From a virus, in IMG/VR virus record IMGVR_UViG_3300042691_020932, positions 18,591-82,590 of that record: DNA of 64,000 bases. One strand, given 5' to 3'. A program made the translations under genes and the position numbers. The notes beneath the pieces are model-generated. The model was not told the origin of the DNA. It ran no database searches and was given only the letters and a program-made list of their open reading frames with translations. This document shows positions 8,144 through 18,095 of the stretch, one piece after another; position 1 is the stretch's first letter; each line of letters starts with the position of its first letter.

Positions 8144-9871
8144 TTAAAAAATAAGATTCATCAACTTACTTAATGCACTATTTATAGAAACAATATTCTG
8201 CTTAAGACGAACATCACTCATACCACCCATTCCACCACCACCACCGCCGCCACCGCCCATTCCACCACCGCCACCGCCACCGCCGCCGCCACCGCCGCCA
8301 CCACCGCCGCCACCGCCCATTCCACCACCGCCACCACCACCGCCGCCGCCACCACCGCCACCGCCGCCGCCACCGCCGCCACCACCGCCGCCACCGCCCA
8401 TTCCACCACCGCCACCACCGCCGCCGCCGCCACCACCGCCGCCGCCACCGCCCATTCCACCACCGCCACCACCGCCGCCGCCACCGCCCATTCCACCACC
8501 GCCACCACCTCCAGATGGTGCTGGACCACCCATCGCACCACCGCCGCCGCCACCGCCCATTCCACCACCGCCAGACGGTGCTCCTCCCATTTGACCAGCA
8601 GTGCCAGTACTGACTCTGCTATCACTATCCCGCACTGCCACTTTATTATCCTTACCTATTACTGTTTTTTCACCATGTTTGATATTGCCGGTACTGACTT
8701 GAATATTTGCATTCTTTGCATACTCACTTTTGTTAATTTGATTAACAACTTTCTGTTGTTGTTTTGCAGTCATATCTGCATCAATTATTTTTCTCAGGTC
8801 TTTGGAAAGACCAGCATCTTTTGCAATTTCTTTTAGTCTGTTTGCACCACCATCATATAGTTGCTTAGTATTATAATTATAATAAACTGTAGTAGGTGGT
8901 GGTGGTGGTGATGGTTGGTTTGGAGAACTTACTGGTGGAGCTGGTGGTTGAGGAATAAACGATCCACCGCCACCACCGCCACCGCCACCACCGCCACCGC
9001 CACCACCGCCGCCATCATCAGATGGTGGAAACCCTGGGTTAAATGGATAATCTGGTTCGTTACCAGGTCCACCTATAACATTAATTACCTGAGTAATATT
9101 AGTTTCAACTCTTACTGGTCTTGTAACAATAACATTCTCCTGAACCATATTAACTTTACCTTCGGCATAATAATTCTCTTCTGCCGCCGTTGTATATGTA
9201 CCAACAACTAGAGAATTATTTCTGCTACTTGTTAATCTAAAAGGTCTAGTTCCTGCTTGGAAAACGGGATTAACATCAACGTTTGGGTTTGGAATAAAAA
9301 ATGAACCAATAACAACACCTTCATCATTAGTTACCAACTTAACATCAGTAACAACAGCCTCTGCTTTACTGGTAGAACCTCTTAATTTCATACCATTGGC
9401 AATGTATCCAAGAAAATCTGATGTTCTGTCGGATAAACTAAAAGTATCTACATTTAAAATAGTTGAGGTTGATGAATAATTTTCGGGAATTATTAAATTG
9501 GAATTATATGGATTTACATCAAAAATATCTTGGGGATTTGTATAATCCCCATACTTATGATTTTGTTTTGCCACTCTAAATCTAATAGTTGGCAAACTTG
9601 GGGAATCAAAAGAACCAATAACAGTTTCTGAAACTTGAAAGACTCCACTCGTCATTCTAATTTCAATTAGTTTTGGGACAACAAATGAATTAACATCAAC
9701 TCCATTAAAAAATGCAAAAACCCTTGTCAAAGGTTTCATTCTTTTTGAAATAAATTCAATATTCCTGGACCTCATATAAGGTAGGATTTTAGTATCTAAA
9801 ACCCTATCTCCAAAAGATACTGTTTTAGATACTGGTTCTTTATTAGGTGTTGGTGGTTTTACTATCGACAT
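8144..9871 (-). CDS. VrlC/DUF4815-like protein, middle piece (part 2), with Pro/Gly-rich tail ending in the S74 autocleavage motif
   Basis: PYMRSRNIEF...KP.TR.FAFF.G, VPKLIEI, GSFFIP motifs; C-terminal SDVRLKQNI. Confidence 0.85.
   Translation of the reverse strand: MSIVKPPTPNKEPVSKTVSFGDRVLDTKILPYMRSRNIEFISKRMKPLTRVFAFFNGVDVNSFVVPKLIEIRMTSGVFQVSETVIGSFDSPSLPTIRFRVAKQNHKYGDYTNPQDIFDVNPYNSNLIIPENYSSTSTILNVDTFSLSDRTSDFLGYIANGMKLRGSTSKAEAVVTDVKLVTNDEGVVIGSFFIPNPNVDVNPVFQAGTRPFRLTSSRNNSLVVGTYTTAAEENYYAEGKVNMVQENVIVTRPVRVETNITQVINVIGGPGNEPDYPFNPGFPPSDDGGGGGGGGGGGGGGGGGSFIPQPPAPPVSSPNQPSPPPPPTTVYYNYNTKQLYDGGANRLKEIAKDAGLSKDLRKIIDADMTAKQQQKVVNQINKSEYAKNANIQVSTGNIKHGEKTVIGKDNKVAVRDSDSRVSTGTAGQMGGAPSGGGGMGGGGGGGAMGGPAPSGGGGGGGMGGGGGGGGGGGMGGGGGGGGGGGGGGGGGMGGGGGGGGGGGGGGGGGGGGGGGGGGMGGGGGGGGGGGGGGGGGGGMGGGGGGGGGMGGMSDVRLKQNIVSINSALSKLMNLIF
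8179..8186 (-). promoter_or_regulatory. Perfect T4 late promoter consensus (TATAAATA), internal to the ORF
   Basis: 36 nt upstream of ATG 8142. Confidence 0.4.
8221..8580 (-). repeat. Poly-glycine (GGT/GGC) tandem repeat punctuated by Met codons
   Basis: Repeated gccaccgcccattccaccaccgcca units on the + strand; encodes (M-Gn) blocks. Confidence 0.95.
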
Positions 9872-9925
9872 ATTTTTTATTACCTACAATTTTACTATTA
9901 AGTAAATCGTTTATCTAAGATATTT

Positions 9926-9932
9926 TATTTAT
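9926..9932 (-). promoter_or_regulatory. T4-type late promoter (ATAAATA) for VrlC part 2
   Basis: In the 75-nt gap between parts 1 and 2. Confidence 0.55.
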
Positions 9933-9946
9933 GATGGATGAACCTC

Positions 9947-12900
9947 TCAACGAATAGTACCCATTCTTGGACCCTTTATACCAAGTCCCATACCAGCACC
10001 CATGACTGAACCAGTATTGTTTGTTGGTTTACTGAGAATATTTGGATCCTTAATTTGTGGTTTTCCTCTTTCATCCCGTTTATTTCTGCCAGTTAATGGA
10101 TCTTTTGTTCTATCAACCAAACCTTTTTTACCTTTTTCTATTTGTGTCCCAACTGTATTTCTAACTTTAATACCTTTTGCATATTCATATTCAAGAACTT
10201 GTCTATCTTCCTCAGTAAATACCGCTGGTCTCATTACTCCTGGTTTATACTTGCCCTTTAATTCTGCATATTTTGCGTCAGATATTATCGCACTACCCAT
10301 GCTGCCACCGCCACCGAAGCCACCGCCCATTCCACCACCCATATTTCCACCAGTCTTGTCCTTAGATGGCAATATTACTGGGCCAGCTGGTAGAATTCTT
10401 TCTTTGGGAAATGGTTTTGCTGCAAGAGGTGGTGCTGCGGGTTGCTTAACTGGTCTTGGATTCACTGGTGAAGATATCGAATTTGCAGGGGATTGTGTCG
10501 CAGGTGTTGTTTTTGGTGGAGCCCAAGTCTCATGAGAATTCCAAGTAACTGGAGCAAGACCTGTTTGTTGGTCTGACTGTGTACTTTGTGTCTGCAGACT
10601 AGTTTCTGTATATGCGTCACCAATCTCCACAGTGTTTGCTTTCACCCTAACTTGATCTACCCATACGTCAGAAGATGGATATAAATCAATTGTTCCCGTA
10701 TAAAAATCTTCGGCAAAGGGATTTACGCTAACTGCCCTAGTTGCATATGGTTGATTTAATAGTCTAACTTCTGTATAATCCAGAGTTACAAGTTGTCCTG
10801 TTTTTCTTACACCGGAGCCTATGATATTATTATCAACTCTAGCGTCAGCATTTGGTCTTAATGCTGGACTATTTCTATTTAATTTTATTCTAGATGTTGT
10901 TCCTAATTGCAAATCAAGTGAAGTCGTATAGTGAGTTGGTCTTAATTCCAAATTCTTAGTGTCTATGGAATTTTTAACAATTGTTGATTTATTTTGAGCG
11001 ATTGTAGTTGAAAAATTATCAACAAAAAATCCAGATTTAAATCTATTTAAACCATTCTCATCAGTCACTGTAAAATTAGAAGCCTCAATTTCCAAAGCAG
11101 AAAGAGAAGTATAATACTCTAAATTTTCTATCCTACTTTCAAGTCTTCCAATATCTGCCATAGTATATCTTCTATGTTCTTTCAACTCAACTTCTGCAGT
11201 TTCGGCATTGCAAAGATAAGGTGGAAGATATACCGTCGCTAATTCTAGGGCATCGTCATTTGAAGTTGGAACCTGTGGAATTTCTGCAGGAATTCCATAT
11301 TTTACATAAAATAAACCATTTTTATCCAAAAGTATCTTATCAATTCTTGGTAGGTAAAACGAATAAGTTAATAATATTGATTCGTCTGAAGCCAAAACAT
11401 CTGATGCGGAACTACCTAAAGCGGTAATGTCTCTTCCCAAAAACTCAAATGGCGATCTTGTACCTTCTGTTGCTACTATTGATGACACTCTAGGTCTTAT
11501 GTCAATAGTATCTGTACTTCTTATTTCACCATCTACTAGTTCAACCTCACAAAAATCAAACTGATCGTAAGAATTTGCTGTTGTTATATCTCCAGTATCT
11601 GAGAAAGAAAAACTTGCAGACTCAAAGACTACTTTTAATTTTCTTGTCAGTGTTTTTGTTGTATTTTCCCTGACCAATTTGGAATAATCATAAATCGTTG
11701 GTTTTTGATTACTATCAAGACGGAACAGAGTAGTTACATTTCTATCACCAACATCAACTGAAGAAACAGTCGCAGTAATTCCACTTTCTCTGAAAGTTAT
11801 AGTTTCTCCCTCAATAAAAGTGTTTGAGTTTATATAAACAAACCCTAATTTCAAATCATTTATTTTTTCTACATAAATTCCAATTGCTTTGCTTGTACTA
11901 CCTATAAACTCTTCCCCTACTAGTAGATCTCCAACTTTATTTGTTGGGCCATTTAGAGCAGTTAGTACTACGGAAGGTAAATCCGGAGTGTTTGTGTCAT
12001 TTGACTCAAAAATTCCATATACTTTTGTAACATCTGGTTCAAGTAAACAAATTTCATTATCTTGCACTCTAGTTCCATATGGATAATTTCCATACACTAG
12101 TCCATCATTTAAGGTGGTTGATCCAATTCCAGAAGCAGATGAACTTGATTTGTCTATTACTAGAACTTTAGCTCTATTTTTATTTTTAATTTTAGACTTT
12201 ACATTAATTTTTCTAAGGGTTGCAATTAGTTTAGCATTTCCATTTTCAGTAAGTCCTGTTACAACTAAAGACTTTGACCCATTTGAATAAACAAAATTTT
12301 CCTGTCTTAATGATTGTGTAGTACCATTCTCTGTTATTAAAACATATCTTTCCTCATCAAATGGTAAAAATGTTTCGTCCGTGTCTGCAGTTAAAGTCTG
12401 TGTTGACCCCTGGGTTATAAGAACATTAAATTGTTTTCTTATAGTTAAGTTTGTTTCGCTTAAATCGACACTTTCTACATTTTTTTTAGGAAGAACAGTG
12501 TATAAAGTATTATCAATAGAATTTTGAACGTTTGATGATAATACTTTAAAGTCTGATGGATTTATAGCAGTTGTTGGGAGAGCACCATCACATATTCCAA
12601 TAACTGTTGTTACACCAACAATGGTTAGTGTTTTTCCAGAAACCGATTGAACTACAGCTAAAGTAGTTGTAGTTAATCCTGGGTTTGAAAATGCAACTAG
12701 ATTTCCGGTAGTGACTATTCCAGTAAAAAAGTTTTCTGTGGAAGTTACTATTGAAGTTCCTCCGGATCTTGCTGATATGTTTACCTGATCTAGCTGCAGT
12801 GATACGACGGGAAGAGTGTCGCCTGAGAAAGTATATGCACTTCCTACAGTTCCATATACTGACTGAACCTCATTTATGTTATAACTTCTTGTTTTTTTAA

Positions 12901-14542
12901 TTATTCTGTTGTTGTTTTCTCCATTAAAAATTAATTTTTCTCCAATAGAAAAAGTTCCTTTCGTATCATAAACCGTTAAACCCACACCAGCGGCAACAGA
13001 ATATCGCAAAAATCCTGATGCACCACTTTGTCTACCTTTTACATGAACCGGTGCAGTTAGTGTTATGGGCTCATTCAAAGTTAACTCAGTATACATCTGA
13101 GTATCGTATAAAGATATATCCCACCTATTTTCTTGTGGTCTTGATGTAGAATATGAACCAGATTCTAGTGCGAAATCATAGACCCTAGATATGCCAATTT
13201 CTTTTCCTGCAGCGGTTGTTGGTGATACCCCCACCCTAGAATCTCTAAGTGTTATATAATAACTTGTACCAAGACCTATAGAAGGAGATCCATGCACCCT
13301 ATTTAAGGTAAATGTTGCTCCAGTGGTATAATTTATACTCTGATCAGCTAATGTTTTTGTAGTTCTTGGTTTTTCTATATCAAAAAACCCAGGACTTATT
13401 GATTCAATTTCAAATCCTTTAACATAGGCTTTTGTTGGAGAAATTACATATGTCGCAAGACTTTCGCTTGGTTGATTATTTTCATAAGTTAGTTGATTTT
13501 CATTGAAAATACCATCATTACCCTTTAAATTATTTAAACTTTCTTGTAACGTAATTACTGGCGTATTAATATAATAATCGCCAGATTCATCATAAGTTCT
13601 TCTTGCAATTTCTTGTGCTAAGATATTATATTCTGGTTTACGGTTTAATTTGAGAAGTTTTCCATCTTCAATTTCCATTAAAACAATAAAATTACTTAAA
13701 TCGGTACTGTCTGATGGAATTTGCTCTAATTTTACAAAAATTGATAATCTGTCAGCGCCTGGGGCGGCAAAATTGGAAAATCCTTGAGAGTTATCATTTA
13801 AAGTCTCATCATCATACGAATCTAGTATTCTTTCGTATATTCTAAGTCCAACTTTGCAAGTTGGTGTCGTCGTGTAAGGAGATACATATAATATACTCGT
13901 AGGAACTGATACAAAAAATCCTCTAATAAAGTAAATACCTTCTTCTAGGTATACAGCAGATCCCTTAAAAGTGCTTCCACCGGATAATGTTGTTGCAAAT
14001 CCTTGTCCTCTTAATAGATTTAATTCTTCAATATCTTCTTCGTCATCATTTTCTATTGTTTCTGGATTTATTACAATAGTATCATCATCATCTACTAATA
14101 AATTTTCTCCGTCTAGAAATCTAGCTTGACCTACGGTAGATCCTGAAGCAAGGTATTTTACAAATAGTGTAGTATTAACTACGCCGTTTCCTTTTGCAAT
14201 AAATTCCTGAATTACTGCAGTTACTCCACTCGTTTGTCCCTTTATCTGAGTTCCTACAAGGGTATCGAGGTAATAAGTGGAAGGTTTTCCCTGAAAATCA
14301 TCTTCTAAAATTACGGCATTTAAATCATTTTTATATGTTATATTTCCCGGAATAACTACAGAACCTTCTTTGAAAAAATGATTTCCAAATTGTTCGATTT
14401 GATTTTGTAGAATAGACTGTAGAGTAGTTAATTCTCTTGCTTGTACTGGATATCCTGGTTTAAATAATACTCTAAAGAAGTTTTTTTGACTATCATAGTC
14501 ATCATAATATGGTGATATGTTTAAATTAAGCTCTTGTGCCAT
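9947..14542 (-). CDS. VrlC/DUF4815-like virion structural protein, N-terminal piece (part 1)
   Basis: PYYDDY, LFKPG.PVQARELT.LQSILQNQI, APGADRL, RRTYDESGDY, YLPRID, RYTM.DIG.LE.RI.NLEYYTSLS.LE, RFKSGFFVDNF. Confidence 0.9.
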   Translation of the reverse strand: MAQELNLNISPYYDDYDSQKNFFRVLFKPGYPVQARELTTLQSILQNQIEQFGNHFFKEGSVVIPGNITYKNDLNAVILEDDFQGKPSTYYLDTLVGTQIKGQTSGVTAVIQEFIAKGNGVVNTTLFVKYLASGSTVGQARFLDGENLLVDDDDTIVINPETIENDDEEDIEELNLLRGQGFATTLSGGSTFKGSAVYLEEGIYFIRGFFVSVPTSILYVSPYTTTPTCKVGLRIYERILDSYDDETLNDNSQGFSNFAAPGADRLSIFVKLEQIPSDSTDLSNFIVLMEIEDGKLLKLNRKPEYNILAQEIARRTYDESGDYYINTPVITLQESLNNLKGNDGIFNENQLTYENNQPSESLATYVISPTKAYVKGFEIESISPGFFDIEKPRTTKTLADQSINYTTGATFTLNRVHGSPSIGLGTSYYITLRDSRVGVSPTTAAGKEIGISRVYDFALESGSYSTSRPQENRWDISLYDTQMYTELTLNEPITLTAPVHVKGRQSGASGFLRYSVAAGVGLTVYDTKGTFSIGEKLIFNGENNNRIIKKTRSYNINEVQSVYGTVGSAYTFSGDTLPVVSLQLDQVNISARSGGTSIVTSTENFFTGIVTTGNLVAFSNPGLTTTTLAVVQSVSGKTLTIVGVTTVIGICDGALPTTAINPSDFKVLSSNVQNSIDNTLYTVLPKKNVESVDLSETNLTIRKQFNVLITQGSTQTLTADTDETFLPFDEERYVLITENGTTQSLRQENFVYSNGSKSLVVTGLTENGNAKLIATLRKINVKSKIKNKNRAKVLVIDKSSSSASGIGSTTLNDGLVYGNYPYGTRVQDNEICLLEPDVTKVYGIFESNDTNTPDLPSVVLTALNGPTNKVGDLLVGEEFIGSTSKAIGIYVEKINDLKLGFVYINSNTFIEGETITFRESGITATVSSVDVGDRNVTTLFRLDSNQKPTIYDYSKLVRENTTKTLTRKLKVVFESASFSFSDTGDITTANSYDQFDFCEVELVDGEIRSTDTIDIRPRVSSIVATEGTRSPFEFLGRDITALGSSASDVLASDESILLTYSFYLPRIDKILLDKNGLFYVKYGIPAEIPQVPTSNDDALELATVYLPPYLCNAETAEVELKEHRRYTMADIGRLESRIENLEYYTSLSALEIEASNFTVTDENGLNRFKSGFFVDNFSTTIAQNKSTIVKNSIDTKNLELRPTHYTTSLDLQLGTTSRIKLNRNSPALRPNADARVDNNIIGSGVRKTGQLVTLDYTEVRLLNQPYATRAVSVNPFAEDFYTGTIDLYPSSDVWVDQVRVKANTVEIGDAYTETSLQTQSTQSDQQTGLAPVTWNSHETWAPPKTTPATQSPANSISSPVNPRPVKQPAAPPLAAKPFPKERILPAGPVILPSKDKTGGNMGGGMGGGFGGGGSMGSAIISDAKYAELKGKYKPGVMRPAVFTEEDRQVLEYEYAKGIKVRNTVGTQIEKGKKGLVDRTKDPLTGRNKRDERGKPQIKDPNILSKPTNNTGSVMGAGMGLGIKGPRMGTIR

Positions 14543-14548
14543 AATTTT

Positions 14549-16102
14549 TTAAAACTGCAAAACAACTTTAATGTCTTCTCTTTGATTAATCGACCTAGTT
14601 ATTGATGGTCTATTATCAATATAAATTATATCTCCAGAGTATTTCTTTACGTCTGGTTTTGATACACCATTAGTAAATACTTGACCAAGATAATATGTCC
14701 TACTATTTATGACTGTAGATATACCACTAAAACTTGTATCTATTCCCAAAGTAACGGATCCACCATCTATAATTAGTGATCCACCAGATGCGGGTGAAGA
14801 AGTAAATTTATTTAACTTAAACCCATATGTTGAGGAGGAAGTTCGTGAACCATCTGTATTAAATCCAACCAAAGACTTATCTTGCCAATATTTTAATACT
14901 CCAGTGATCTTATCATATGAGACCACTCTTCCAACTGCAGTTGATCCAATACCAATTGTTTGTCTAACTTGAGTATCTGGAAGAAAAACTGCTGTACTAT
15001 ATCCTATTCCAGTTAATCTTAATGCATAAATACCACTTGCTTTATCTGCAGTAAGATTAGAATCCGAATCTATATTTTTTGGATTTCTAACCAAACCAAT
15101 CCTAGCGATTTGATTTCCTGTGGTAAAAACCGTGTTCTGGTCGCTATTCTCTATTCTAGAATGTAACAATACCTGATATGCACCCAATTCTCTATATATA
15201 TCTGCTCCATGACCGCCATCTGGAGGAATGATTACATCAAAAGATGGAGTAATAGTTGCAGTTGGAACACCCCCCGCTACTAAATCTACAGTGCCATAAG
15301 TATATCCAGAACCACCATCTGAAACTGTTACAGAAGAAACTTTGGAATCACCATCAACAACAATAGTTACCTTCGCATCTGAACCATCTCCGTTAATTGG
15401 AATATTTGTATAAACCGCATTAGCAGTTCCAACACCAACACCACGGTTTTTAATCGTTACGATTTTTATTTGCCCACTTGTTGCGGCATTATTTCTTATG
15501 GATGCATTTTCCGTATTTGTTAACCAGTTTCTTGGTACTGGTATAAAATTTGCAGAATCAAATTTTAATATCTCATTTGGTTTTATTGTAAAAAGATATT
15601 TCCATATGTACCCATCTCCACTATCGCCCGCTATTCTTGGTTCTAAGTCGGTAAATGTTGGTTGATCCAAAGAAGGCCTACCAAGAAGATTTTCTGGATC
15701 TGTCCCATTATGTAAACATATATAAACTTTATAATCTTCGTTGACAACATAATAATTTGCGCCGTATAGATGAGTTGCTTCAGATGGTTTTGATGTGTTA
15801 GTTCTACTTATATCATGTCTATACATATCATAAGTTGTTCCAGACGACCAGACATTCTTTTTTACCACCTGTCTAGCGTCTTCACTAAATATTCTCTTCA
15901 ATGCAATTATAGTATCCCAACAATCATCCTCCTGCTCGAAACTATCTTTTGGCGCAGGGGGACTAAAATCCCAGTTTTCGTTATAATTTGTTGGATTTGG
16001 TAGTCCAACAAATGAATAATAACTATTTTCTCCAGAGTCTAAATCTGAGATAAAATTGTTTGCATTTAAAACTCTAAACTGATTTGTTATAATCGCAGCC
16101 AT
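14549..16102 (-). CDS. gp8: Baseplate wedge subunit gp8
   Basis: MAAIIT.QFR.LNA, YKVYICL.NG, DGYIWKYLFTI, SGDIIYIDNR..I.R...Q.EDIKVVL.F. Confidence 0.92.
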   Translation of the reverse strand: MAAIITNQFRVLNANNFISDLDSGENSYYSFVGLPNPTNYNENWDFSPPAPKDSFEQEDDCWDTIIALKRIFSEDARQVVKKNVWSSGTTYDMYRHDISRTNTSKPSEATHLYGANYYVVNEDYKVYICLHNGTDPENLLGRPSLDQPTFTDLEPRIAGDSGDGYIWKYLFTIKPNEILKFDSANFIPVPRNWLTNTENASIRNNAATSGQIKIVTIKNRGVGVGTANAVYTNIPINGDGSDAKVTIVVDGDSKVSSVTVSDGGSGYTYGTVDLVAGGVPTATITPSFDVIIPPDGGHGADIYRELGAYQVLLHSRIENSDQNTVFTTGNQIARIGLVRNPKNIDSDSNLTADKASGIYALRLTGIGYSTAVFLPDTQVRQTIGIGSTAVGRVVSYDKITGVLKYWQDKSLVGFNTDGSRTSSSTYGFKLNKFTSSPASGGSLIIDGGSVTLGIDTSFSGISTVINSRTYYLGQVFTNGVSKPDVKKYSGDIIYIDNRPSITRSINQREDIKVVLQF

Positions 16103-16114
16103 TTTTAAGTTTTT

Positions 16115-16125
16115 TATTTATTTAT
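16115..16125 (-). promoter_or_regulatory. T4-type late promoter (overlapping ATAAATA copies)
   Basis: Upstream of the gp8 start. Confidence 0.6.
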
Positions 16126-16128
16126 GAG

Positions 16129-18063
16129 TTATACTGCAACCGTACTTAAGGTGCCAGCATCATCTACAATTAAACGGTATTGCGTACCATTGGGCGATGT
16201 AAGAATAATACCCTGAGATGTATTAATACCAACCTTTACATCACCTATAACATCAAGTGTTTTGCTTGGCGATGTTGAATTAATTCCAACTAAACCATTT
16301 GATGTTGTAGTAATTACAGTTCCACCAGTTCCAACATTAAAAGTAGAAGTTGATGTAACTATACCAGAAACATTTAGATTCTGATAAATTTCTACACCTG
16401 CACTATTAAATGTGGAATAATTAATCAATCCAGTTTCATCAGTTATTCTTACTTGCTTAGCACCCACTATGACTGGAAAATTACCAGAAATATCTCTTAC
16501 ATGACTGCTTCTACCACCAACCCATTCATTAGAAGCGTGATAAACTTTAAATGAATTTGAATTACCTAAATTTAATTCTTTGTCATCTATGAAAAATGCG
16601 TGATCGGAAAAATTGACATCATTGTTGAGATATAATGGTTGACTAAAAGTAGAAACCCCAGATACGCTAAGTTGGTTTGCAAAAAATGTAGATCCACTTA
16701 TCGTATTAACAGTAGATAAAGTTGAAACTCCAGAAACATTGAGTTGATCTGAAGATAAATTTGTTACGGTGCAAGCAACTCCAGTGAAATTCGTAATAAT
16801 ACCACTGATAATAGACGCATTTGTAATATTTGAATTGGTTAAAGTACTGATGCCACTTGAGTTTATATTGGAAATTGTTAATTGGTTTGAGGTTAATACT
16901 TCAGTATCACCTATCTTATACGATTTATTCGATGGAATATTTATATTTTCGCTAGATTTTAATGATTCACTGCTGTAGTTCCAAAGGAATGTTTTTCTAA
17001 TGTTAGTTGAACCAATACCAATACCTGAACCATCTAAAAGTAGATCTGTTTCTACAATTGTAGCAATTCCAACTGTAAAATCTCCAATAGTAATCTCTCC
17101 AGTAGAAACACTAAATTGAGATCCATCAACATAAAGATCTCCCTTTATTCTTAGAGATCCTGTATTATTACCAACTCCAGATGGATCAATAATAATTTCA
17201 GAAGGTCCGCTAATTGTGTTTTGGTTTATATTAATTGCAGAACCTTCGGAACCAACTGAAAATTGGGTTGATGTTATAATACCAGAAGAGATAATATTTG
17301 TATTTGAAATTGTTACTAGTGTAGATATGCCACTATAATTTAGATTTGATCCATCTAGATTGGATATAGATGCGTTTGTACTAGTTAAACTAGTTACTAC
17401 TCCACTTCCAACATTTAGTGTGGTTAAAGTAGCCGCTATTCCTATTATATTAGCGATATTTCCATTTGTTATCGTAGCAGCAGACCCTGTTACTGTTAAA
17501 TTTCCAAGAGTGCAATTTATAATATTTGCATCGGTACTATTAAGGGTTGTTATTGTCGCTGCAGTTCCTGTTAAATTCGTTACTGTTCCACTAGAACTAT
17601 TAAGCCTTGTTATAGTACCGGCAGCACTTACTAAATTAGTTACATTATTATTTGTACTGGTTGAATTTGTGACAGTTAAATCCGTTCCAAAATAAGTTGT
17701 AATAGTAGCTGCAGTTCCGGTTAAATTGGTAATGGTGCTATTTGTATTAATAATATTTGCAATTGTACCAAAACCAGAGTTAACTTGACCGTTAAAAGTT
17801 ACTGATGTCACAACACCAGTAAAACTTCCATCACCAGATACAGTCAAAGAACTGCTTGCATTTGTAGTTCCAATACCAACACTTAGTGTGGTGTTAATTC
17901 CGGTGGAATTTTTATTCCAAATACCAACGTTTAAAGTTGCACCATTTCCAAGAAAACTATACAACTCATTAAAATTACTATTAATTTTAATAGCACCAAC
18001 TAATAGTGTATCACCATCACCAACATTGGGAGCAGAACCAGTATTTATCCCTAATTTTGCCAT
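16129..18063 (-). CDS. Baseplate/tail-fibre protein with gp9/gp10-like N-terminus
   Basis: N-terminal GINTG..PN.G.GDTL..GA.KINSNF.ELY; Thr/Asn-rich beta repeats; C-terminal LTSPNGT.YRL.VDD.G.L. Confidence 0.75.
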   Translation of the reverse strand: MAKLGINTGSAPNVGDGDTLLVGAIKINSNFNELYSFLGNGATLNVGIWNKNSTGINTTLSVGIGTTNASSSLTVSGDGSFTGVVTSVTFNGQVNSGFGTIANIINTNSTITNLTGTAATITTYFGTDLTVTNSTSTNNNVTNLVSAAGTITRLNSSSGTVTNLTGTAATITTLNSTDANIINCTLGNLTVTGSAATITNGNIANIIGIAATLTTLNVGSGVVTSLTSTNASISNLDGSNLNYSGISTLVTISNTNIISSGIITSTQFSVGSEGSAININQNTISGPSEIIIDPSGVGNNTGSLRIKGDLYVDGSQFSVSTGEITIGDFTVGIATIVETDLLLDGSGIGIGSTNIRKTFLWNYSSESLKSSENINIPSNKSYKIGDTEVLTSNQLTISNINSSGISTLTNSNITNASIISGIITNFTGVACTVTNLSSDQLNVSGVSTLSTVNTISGSTFFANQLSVSGVSTFSQPLYLNNDVNFSDHAFFIDDKELNLGNSNSFKVYHASNEWVGGRSSHVRDISGNFPVIVGAKQVRITDETGLINYSTFNSAGVEIYQNLNVSGIVTSTSTFNVGTGGTVITTTSNGLVGINSTSPSKTLDVIGDVKVGINTSQGIILTSPNGTQYRLIVDDAGTLSTVAV

Positions 18064-18085
18064 TGATAGATATACCTTTTTTAGA

Positions 18086-18092
18086 TATTTAT
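18086..18092 (-). promoter_or_regulatory. T4-type late promoter (ATAAATA)
   Basis: In the gp7-fibre intergenic gap. Confidence 0.6.
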
Positions 18093-18095
18093 GAG

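Noticed and set aside
8218-8625. 135-aa (VVEWAVAA)n ORF
   Set aside because: Shadow reading frame of the poly-Gly repeat; lack of stops is expected from GGY repeats.
9872-9946. Self-splicing intron or intein explaining the VrlC split
   Set aside because: The gaps are short and AT-rich with no group I/II core, no Hint motifs were seen, and late promoters favour independent genes.
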